Shown: positions 48,432 to 64,000 of the stretch, piece by piece
Position numbering within the stretch: the first letter of the stretch is position 1
Layout: each line of letters starts with the position of its first letter
DNA from: Klebsormidium nitens
Taxonomy: Eukaryota > Plantae > Klebsormidiophyceae
Direction of reading: 5' to 3'
NCBI GenBank assembly: GCA_000708835.1
Contig: DF236962.1
Coordinates: forward strand, 186,001 to 250,000
DNA length: 64,000 nt
The notes under the pieces: model-generated
The model's input: the letters and a program-made list of their open reading frames with translations, nothing else
The model's database searches: none
What the model was told of the DNA's origin: nothing
Made by a program: the position numbers and the translations under genes

Positions 48432-51400
48432 TCACGTGCCTGCTCCTCCGGACTGTTTTCTTCGTATTACTGGAAACGACATTTCGATATGCCCAGTGAT
48501 ACCAGCCGTGATTTGCTGGCCAGCTTTGACAGGCCCCACTCCAGGAGGGGTTCCTGCAATTAGAAATGTCTACATTCAATATTTGTTTACAGGAATTTTT
48601 GCTCGAGATAAGCTCCAATTGTGAACGGAGGGGTTCCTGCAATTAGAAATGTCTACATTCAATATTTGTTTACAGGAATTTTGCTCGAGATAAGCTCCAA
48701 TTGTGAACGGAAACGGGAGCGCGGCCTTGTTTGGCCATCCCTCTTGCCAGTCGCTTCGGTGCAAAGCTCTTGGAACGGGCAGACTTGATCTACACTTTGG
48801 AGCTGCAGAAGTCCTTCGAGTGAAGCCTCCAGCATTACTCAATCTGCAGCAAATGATTACATGTTTCTGACATGGCCGTAGAGATAGCAAACACTTTCCA
48901 AGCGATTGCGTGGGCATGAAATGCCCCTGCGCTGAGCAGATCAACACTTTCGGTCCCGCTGGCAACCCTAATTCTACTCGGTTTCGAAACCCTTATGCCG
49001 AGTTCGCCGACGGCTCGACAGTTAGAACGCACTAACCATCCGCCCACAACTTTCATCCGTTCGATCAACGGCTCACCCGTGACGATGAGGTCTCCTTCCT
49101 CCAGCGTCATGATGCTGCTGATGTAAGCGATGAGGTGAGGAATGTCGAACAGCATGTCGCCCGTGCTGCCCTTTTGCCGCAGCTCGCCATCCACCTGTAG
49201 TAGTGAAGAGGTTGGTCAGTACACGGAGAAAGAACTGGTTAAGAGGCCGTCAGTGTAACCGCTTGACGAAGAGTCGGAAGACTGCCTATTCAGGACGACG
49301 GCTCAAATTCATTGAGAGGCTCGTTTGTGGGCCGGCCGCTTAGTGTGTCGCTTCGACGAAGAGTAAGAAGATTGATTGGGTGCTGCCAACTGACTGTCCT
49401 TCGCCGTCATTCTGCAGAGAGGAGAGGGCTCAAAAGACGAATCACTTTCTACTCAGTTGACTGAATCTAAGGCCAGTATTTGTAACCGCTCGACACGGCT
49501 CTCAAAGATCACTTAGTACAGCTCCGACTCTGCTCATGGACGCAACGAGAACGTCGATACCGCTTGAGGGATTCTGGACGATCACTGTCCAGGCAGATTC
49601 GAAGCAATCCACCATAGCGGATTGCTAAAGAAAACTCAAGTGCGACGTACAACACTCTTGTGAACACAACGAGTAAGGAAGACCTACCTTGCACCAAAGC
49701 TCAAGTTCTTCTGGAGACCGAATCTTGTTCTTTGGAATCTGCAAATCGGATCGATTGACACTTCAGACATCTGCGCATACGGCCTCAGAAGTTGATTCAG
49801 GTCCCGAAGAGTCAAGGGCTCCGTTCCAGCACTTCTGCAAAACAAGGTAACAAGAGCCCCGACGTCTGGGGCGCCAACGAGGCAAAGGGTGCATGGCAAG
49901 ACCGACTTTCACGGCTGGCAGGTTTTGCAACTTGCATAAGGACCAGAACTGATTCTCTCGAAGTACACAGACTGGATGAGTACGCTGGTAGCTTAAATGC
50001 CGGTTTGGAAGGTCATGGTACAGGTTCAAGAATGGCCTTCGAAACTAATGTTTACGAGTCCCCAGACGTCTTACAGCCTTTTCGTCATGCTGGAGCCCAA
50101 CTTTTGCGGCTTTCGGTGCAAGCAGTCACCTCTCGAAGTCCTTCAGCTACAACGTGGCGAAGTTGGGGTTGGAAATGAGGCTACTTACGAAGTCGCTGAC
50201 GGGAGTGAAGGTGTCGTAACATTTGCCCTTGGTCCATGGCAACCCCTTGGCCTGCATAGACATTCGCAACCCGTCAAGACGAGCTCGCTTTGACTGTTAT
50301 GTTCAAGCATAGCCAGCACACTGTCTCCAGGCGCGTGAAGTCCGCGAACCCTGTCTAGGTGTTTCTTAGTTCAGGTGGCTGAACATTTCTTACTGAAAAG
50401 TACAACCAATTCCTTCAGCAGCAACAGTCTCTGCTGAGGCAGACTTTTGTGAGTCGGAAAAGAGTTGCGCTGCGCATGTCGGGCTTCAGCTTGTGACTGG
50501 CACTCACCTTTTCTTGTGCTTGAAGCTCCCTGGCGGTCATGTCCAGAACGAGCGCATAGCCTGCAAGCGAAACAGGTTTTCGGACGGGTTAACACGGGTT
50601 GAACAACATAGTAATCAAGATGGATGCTGACGCTTAGATCCGTCGTTTTGACTTGGCGGGCAGATCCAGGAATGACCTTTTAGATAGTCTGTTCTCGCGT
50701 TTTTGTCGGCCTTGATAAACACACGGATCATCTAGGTAAGGCCCCGGTCATGCATATTTAGAATGGTCAACTTCTTTTCGAAAAGTTGTCAGGAGCGTGT
50801 TACTTAACCTCCCGTCAATTTCCTGCACATCCTCTCGTCCAAACACACTGGGCCATCTTCACCAGGAGTTCTCGACATTACCAGACCGATGTCAACGTGG
50901 TGTGATTGCTCAACAACACAAGGAGTCAGGACAACTTGAAAGAGAAAGTCGCACGTAAGCTTCTGATTTAAGATTGTCAGAAGCAAAGTGACTTTGCAAG
51001 GCTTCTGCTCCAACTAACTACACGGTCCCATCGTGGCACACACCAATGTCCAAAATGCATCTTACCTCGCCAACTATGGCCAGCACATGTCGCAAATGTG
51101 CGACTATGTCACGGCTCCGTTCTGGCACCTCGAATCCAAAGATCGAACTTTCAACAACAAGGCAGATTGCTTCCGCACCCGGCGGCAGTTCAATAGTATG
51201 ACAGGCTTACCTGCTATGTAGTCTAGCGCGGTTTCCTGGGTAATGTCCCTCCCGTTCCTGCTCATAACCACGCCTAGTTCCACCTCATGATCCAGTGTGT
51301 CAGTCCCTGGGGGAATCTCGATTGCCGCACCTTGCCGGATGTAAGACGACGTTGGTTTGAGAAAGATGATTGGTTCCTGAGGCAGGCAACAGTCCATGGT

Positions 51401-51876
51401 TTAGTTTCACATGGCCCCTAACGACAGCCTCAGCGCCGGAGAATGAAGAACCCCTTCCTAACAAGTTTGATCTTGTGTGCGCAGTCGCTTACGCAGTAAA
51501 AGAACACAAATAATGCATTTAAATAACAAAAAGGACTCCTCCTACAATGCAGAGGTCCTAACTTCTGACCGCGGTGTCCATGAGAGAAGCTACGCCAGAG
51601 TTTAGAGTACTCTCTCAATGGAGGGTTTGCACACCCAATTGTCCCTTTCAACTGGCAAACATGGAACTCAATGTCTGCATTTTATCTCCCAAAAGATCTT
51701 CTTCAAGTGCTGGAGTGGTTACAATGGGTGCAATGCGAAATATTCAAGGAAGATCGTCGTTCCCTCACCTCTGGGACTGCGTTGCCCAGCTCCTTGGCAT
51801 GCGCAGCGTAATTGCGGCCCACTGCCACAATCTTTGTCCCAAACCCGACGAGCTTGTTTCCAATGAATTTTGACAT
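48432..51876 (-). CDS. FAHD1: Fumarylacetoacetate hydrolase domain protein (FAHD1-like acylpyruvase/oxaloacetate decarboxylase)
   Basis: Exons give MSKF...KIVAVGRNYAAHAKELGNAVPE, EPIIFLKPTSS...LDHEVELGVV, GYALVLDMTARELQ, KGLPWTKGKCYDTFTPVSDF, IPKNKI...LELWCK, VDGELRQKGSTGDMLFDIPHLIAYISSIMTLEEGDLIVTG, TPPGVGPVKAGQQITAGI; stop at 48432-48434. Confidence 0.95.
48544..48711. repeat. Near-perfect 82/83-bp tandem duplication spanning the last FAHD1 acceptor site
   Basis: ggaggggttcctgcaattagaaatgtc...ctccaattgtgaac at 48544-48626 and 48627-48708; the only difference is one T in a homopolymer. Confidence 0.92.
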
Positions 51877-53026
51877 GGTGGTATGCAAGGGAGAGAGGTG
51901 AGGATCGCACCCCCTGTACTTGCTTCAGGCAAAAGCTATCGTCTGTAATGTCCTACCTGATCTGCAACGCACACCTACACTGGGAGTGCTAAATTAGAGG
52001 GGTTGGAGCTATTGATGTGCTTCCACTCCTTTCCTCCCAAAATCACGCAAGAACACAATGTGCATACCTGACTGAACTTCGTGTCTGCCTCAATTAGCTT
52101 TTCCTGCTGAGCACTTTCATGTGGTTGACAGAAATGCTGGGATTTGGAAGAAAAGAAACTGATCAGCAGGCTGGAATTTGGGAAGCTGAAAAGCTTTTGA
52201 GCAGCAACGATCGAAGCGCTGCGGCTGCGCTTGCAGGACGCTTGCAGGACCCTAGCAGCTCAACCAAAGGTCCAAAATCGAGGAACCGGTATTGAAACTT
52301 GACACGCGTCACTTGGCAAGCGCGATTTAAGCTAGCCATGTGGTCAAAAGCGGCATGACGTAATGTACGGAAACATTTATGACATGGTGACGAATTTGTT
52401 GAATTTTGTTTTGCAGATATTATCTTGCGAAAAATCTGCTGACCGCTGCAAACGGCGGGAGTAGCTCGGTACCAGGGGAAATACCCCGGCCCTACTACAT
52501 GGCTTGTTGACCTGGTCAACCGACAGCATCCAAGGACCCGATTGCCCGGCGATTCGTCCCTAGGGAATCGCTGTGCCCGGTTGATCGGTGTCCTTTCAAG
52601 AGAAGATCAAATCTCGTCAGCCCGTGAGGCTGTGACGGTGACCTCCTACGGTACCTGGTTACGCAACTGCTCGACTGAAAGCAGCTCAGCCAGCCTGCGC
52701 TGTGTTGAGTCTGGCCGAAGCGAAACTCCAATTTCAACTTCAAGTTTCAACAAGACAAGAAGAAATCTTTGCGAAGGCGATCCGGGTTTGTTGCCCACTC
52801 TGAATAAGTCTTTTAATACCCTATTATCAGCTGAAGACGAGGAGAGAGAGCCACACAGGGGTGCATTTTGAGGCGCAGCTGAGCTGAAGGTCTTTTGTTT
52901 TGAGGGAGCTACGAGGACGAACGCTTATTGGGAGACCTGTCATTCTGCCAGCCAACAAGATTGACAGCAGTCTTTCATAGTCTGAAGGCCCTCGACTCCC
53001 TAGGCGGTCTATTTTGTGTGCTCATC

Positions 53027-55691
53027 ATGCAGACAGCCAGCAATTCAGATCACCGAGCGGCCTTGAAATCAATTCCTAGGCCACAATGGAAAGAAAAGGT
53101 GTGCACATTGAGTTTGCTGAGTTTCTTAATCTGAGTATCGCAAATGTTAATTGCAGTCAAACGTTTCAAGATTTATTGTCCAGGCCATGCGTAAAATAAC
53201 TGACTAGGTTGTCTAAGTTGCGGGTCGTCATTGTTGACTCATTTGCGCCCGCTTGACGGAACTCCCTTCTGAACGAACTTTGAAAGAAATTGGGGGTGCC
53301 TTGTGCCTCCTTGTGCTCGTCTTGAAGTTCCGAACCCTGAGATTGTTTCGTTTCGCATACGCGGGACTATCTCATCTTGCACCCGATTCAATGACTTGGC
53401 TCCAGCCTATAGTCAGAGACGTGCCTTTGATATGTCGATGGCACAACAATTTCTTAAGCCAGAACTTAGAGCAACTCAAACTTATATATGCCCTTGCCTC
53501 ATGCAGTTGGCAAAGGAATGCATAGAGCGCGTGAAGAAGGACCGAGCGTCTCTGCTGTGGCAGCAGCGGACGCTGGGGAATGGCTTGCGCACGTATGCGA
53601 GCAGAGAAGTCCTGCAAAATATTCTTGCTCAAGAGCTGCACAAAGTAGGAGAAAGTCCTGGAAATGCTCAAGAAGAGACTGGCACTCCTAGCACCAGCTT
53701 TCCACGCTCTTCAGATACCTGGATCAAAGAAAGCAGTGTCCCCGACAGACTTGCCCTAGGGCTGGAGCAGAGTTATGTAGTGGAGTTGCCCGCCGAGGAG
53801 AGCGCTGTTGAGATCAGGACGGATGGAAGCGATGCTGACATCGACATGATCTGGGATTCAGAACCTGCAGAAGTATCAAACAGGAGCAGAGATTCCTCAG
53901 GGAACATCAGCGATGCAGACTATGAGGACCTGATGCTGGAGATGGAGCGGGCGCTGAATGAGGAGATGGAGGAAAATGCACAAAGACATGGTGAGTGGAC
54001 CACCTTCACCTGAATGCCGTCTGAGATTCTGATATTGTCAGGGGGAAGTCGAAGGTCAAACAATATCAGCTGTTGTCCAACAAATATTGAAACTAGCTTC
54101 CTTTATAACTGCTGAAATATGGAGCCGATGCCTTTTCTCTTCCATCCACATCATCGCGGATTCATGGTTTCCCGTAAAGTGTTGGTGATTTGGAACGAAT
54201 TTGTTTCGTGTGCCTGCAGAGATGGCGATAGTGATGGAGTACGAGAAGGCAGAAGCAGCTTTGAGGGACAGCATAGAGGCACATGAGAGGATGATGGTGA
54301 GCACTTGTTTCCTCTTGCTGAGTGGGTGGCGTGATTCGGAAGTGTATGTTTTTCGTTTCAAACAGATCCAGATTCAATCGGTTCAAGGATCTAAGTATTG
54401 TTGCATGACACATCCAGAAAAGAGTGACGAGAGAGTGCTCATGCTATTTTCTTTTTTTGCTTGAAGCTGTGTGTTTGTGTCCTGCTTATTCCAGCTCCGT
54501 CTTCCATTTGTTGCAAAAGTGAGGCCAGGGAATTGGTGGGCTTCCTGAAACATTGCCCTCATTATATCGAGTAGTACTTGGATTCGATCTCAATGTTTAG
54601 TAAAAGAAGTTTCAAGCAAATTTCAGCCTTTATCTCAAAGCAACCAAACAATATGTCCCTCTTGAGAATCTGAGAACACAGAGTCGTTCCTCGGGCATTC
54701 TATCACCATGGCAAAAACGACGCGTTTGAGCTGATAAATTGGTGTGAAAGCCCTGTCTAGGAAAATGAGGAATGCCAGCAGGAATGCTGGAATCACCGCA
54801 AGTGATTGGATAGCAAAGCTGTCCACACTGTGAAACGTTGTCGTCCTTGTGCCCTCAATTTATCGCCCTTCGAGTAGCACTGCGTCGGAGGCTCCGCTTT
54901 CGAGTACTTTGCGGCCTGTCCTAATGAATCTCGGATTTGTTGTTCTCAGTTGGAAGGGAGCACCCCTGCCGTCTTGTGCCCTCTCTGCCAGAAGGGACGA
55001 CTCTTCTCAAGCGACCATTCCATCTTCTGCATTAATGGTGACTTCCGGATTGACACGCAGCACGATCATGTAAGCCATCTCTCGGTTCCGTATCCTGGTA
55101 TTGTTGGAGTGTTTATGCATATCCGAGCTAAAGGCAAGTTGTGGAAGCTAAAAACCAAAGTAAGGGAACGAACGTGTCATATGGCAGTGTGACTACTTGT
55201 GAAAGGCTAACGTTGGAGCCGCCTTGTGCTTTTCTCTGCGAGTAAGTTCGACGCCTTACGGCCGGCAGGAAGCAGCAGAAGCGAGATGGTCGGCCAGACT
55301 CCTCAGTCTTCCTCGTATCAATGAACCTTGCTGATATGATCGAAGACGTCGTTGGTTGGGGCTTGAAAGTGGAACTTTGGTAGAACTCGAAGGAAGTGCC
55401 AATCCGAGAGAGCCGTTGGTGTCTTGGGTGAGGCACCTCGTTCGCTGGGATCTTTCTGAACCATCTCCGATAGACGAATTTTATGCTGCTCCTCTCTATT
55501 ACGAGTTGAATACGGTATTCTTTTGTGTGCAGATCAATCTCGAGTACTTGCAGAACCGGCTTGAGGAAGCATGCCATGAGCATTCGAAGAACTGTCATCA
55601 TGTTCCAGGTTTCGTGCTACAAGAACGATTTGGCATCAAAGCTCTGTATCTTGCCTGCCAAGACTGTGGCGCACTTCAAATAGTTGTTTGA
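53027..55691 (+). CDS. RPAIN: RPA-interacting protein (RIP/RPAIN)
   Basis: PQWKEK|LAKECIERVKKDRASLLWQQR (N-terminal motif); DYEDLMLEMERAL; zinc-binding-type motifs VLCPLCQKG...IFC and HEHSKNC...LACQDCGALQIVV*. Confidence 0.85.
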
Positions 55692-57710
55692 CAAACAGTA
55701 TGTTTGTTGCCAAACTAGCTCGAAGAGTCATCTAGGTAGATCTCTTCCCCTGGTCTTGCTCGATGTGTTCGTGCAATACAAACGAAGTCCCATTCTTACT
55801 GGATAAGGGCTGCCTCGAGCCTCTCTTTCAAGATTTCAGCCGCAGTCTAATAGTACCTGAGGATCTGTTATTAGTATTTCCGAATTGCATTCTCATGCTG
55901 AGATAGGATCGTTTAGTGTCGCGTCATAGTTGAATAGACTGGACTCTCAAGTATTGGTGACCGACATTTCACATGGGGTTAGTAACTGCAACCGGAAGGT
56001 TGAGGAAATATGCGTATGCAGCTCTGTGTACATTGAGTAGATGCATGCGGGCATGGCTGGCGGCCGGCCAATTTAACTCTGTTTCGAACCGAGATATTGG
56101 ATTGCCATGCACTTGCAGTGCCGCAGTGCGTAATATTGTTTGGAATATGCATACATGTAACTCGGGCTTTCGCCGCCTGACTGCACATGCACACGGGGTA
56201 GTAGCATTAGCCACCTTACCGTCGAAATTGCAGATACTTTATACTGTCCATTCCTTTTTGAATCGTCGCGGACGTCCAATTCGATCTTAGATGCGCATGT
56301 AGTTGAACCAGGTCGATCGAGATCATCCGGATGAAACCTAATGAAATTGTCTTTTCTTTGTAGCCCTGATGGCTCGCGTCATTTTGGTGTGCATGACTGC
56401 CTAGCCCTGCCCACTGAGGTGCATGCTAGATCATCGGCATACGGTATGCGAATTCTGCAACTCGAATATCTTTGCAACAGAGACACACGCATGAATGTCA
56501 TCCTTGGCGCATCATTGCGAGTCGGATGAAATTTGCGTCATCGGGCCGTCTTGAGCATGACCGTCCAGGAACCGTCCACTGGTAGGAAAACTTGGAAGTC
56601 TTGGCGGCATGAACCAAACGAGCTCGAGCCTGTCTCTTGTCGTGGCATACGTCATGCTAGCAAAGGGGGTTTGGACTCTGGCAGTCAACCTGGTTGCACA
56701 CCATCCAAATGCTCTGCCAAAGGGGATCCGATTAGTGAGAGAGTTGCGGCTTCCAGAATTGTGCCTGATACAGAATGAGACGCGTGCATGCGCGTACGCA
56801 AGCCATTGCACATGGCCAAGCTGGGCACTGTGCGCATCGTTGCATAGTATACATTTCTCTCTCAATCAGGACTACAAAGCTCCACAATCTGACGTCAGCT
56901 AGAGATGGTCATGTAGTGTCGAGCAGCATTCAGGAATCATGCGGGGGCTTCACAAAGAATGACCTGTTTATCAAGGCTCTCGGACAGGATAGTTAAGACG
57001 ACCACAGACGGTTGCCAAAGCTGGGGCAGCTGCCAAACAGCACGGGCTTGTGTCTGCGGCATCTTCGAGCATCAAAAAGCTGGTTACTCCAGTATGTTTT
57101 AGGCGCTCAACTCCACGTCAAGCTATTACATGGGATGGCTCGGCTTTGATATGGGAAGGTCAGTCGATGTGGCAGTTGCTCACCTCTACAGCTTACTCCA
57201 CGGTCAGTTGAGAGTTTGGCAGTTGCCTCATGACCAACTTCATGCGCCACAGCAGAGTACCTGCGCAAATCCACATGCCTTGTCTGAACTTCCCGTCTTC
57301 TCAAACTCTGCGCCTGATCTCGAAGTGATGAAGCCCGGAGACTTCTGCCTGTGACCACCTCCCCGAGACGACAAGCAGTTGCATGACTACAGTAGTCAGG
57401 CTTTGGCAATATCGGTTTTTCATTTTCTCGGGGAAGTCAGCCCGTTGTTATCAACGGCAGCAGATGCGACCAACAATGCCAGACGACTCAAACTAGCTCC
57501 TTGCTGCTTGTAGACCGAGCTCTTAGCTGGGACCTTGACACCTCCGACTGAGGAGAGAAAGACCGTGCTACATCTCCTCCTAAAACCACAAACAGAAAGA
57601 TACTTCAAGAAAGGATGCGGTCACGTGTTGAAGTGCCGCACTTGTGGTAAGGTTATATAACCACAGCAGCTTCGTGTTGAGCTCCTAGTCTTTCTTTTCA
57701 GTAAGGGAAC

Positions 57711-63868
<6,158 letters not shown>

Positions 63869-64000
63869 AGGATCTCCATTCTGGTTTGCTTCTGCTTAGA
63901 TTTGCAGGATCATAAGAAGTGCGTTCGCATGTATTGATCAGGTTGATGACTTTTGATACATAATCTCTTGAGGCGGACTGCTGCGGGGCGCTCGCTTTCA

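Overview
Eukaryotic, intron-rich (GT-AG) nuclear DNA. The gene content and sequence style point to a streptophyte green alga, Klebsormidium-like (inference). About 11 genes, in order: a PAS-domain B2-type Raf-like kinase (minus, ~1.5-10.4 kb), an uncharacterised type-I membrane glycoprotein (plus, ~13.8-18.9 kb), a hypothetical protein, a plastid fructose-bisphosphate aldolase, an AAR3/DCN1-like protein, coatomer beta, a second hypothetical protein, an intronless PKG-like kinase, FAHD1, RPAIN, and a GH9 glucanase with a Pro/Thr linker and CBM49. A TA-flanked MITE lies at 22.7-23.0 kb. Best leads: (1) two same-length, same-phase, ~60% identical exons 48 nt apart that look like mutually exclusive exons swapping the helical core of the Raf kinase PAS sensor; (2) an intronless, apparently plastid-targeted cNMP-domain/PKG-like kinase with DFG changed to DNS; (3) a membrane protein whose ectodomain recalls PVC-bacterial surface proteins; (4) a GH9 with altered catalytic motifs (DAGD to DAGN) whose last acceptor site is tandemly repeated five times; (5) recurrent tandem duplications across splice junctions. 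Exon models were read by eye from splice signals and reading frame; no databases were searched.
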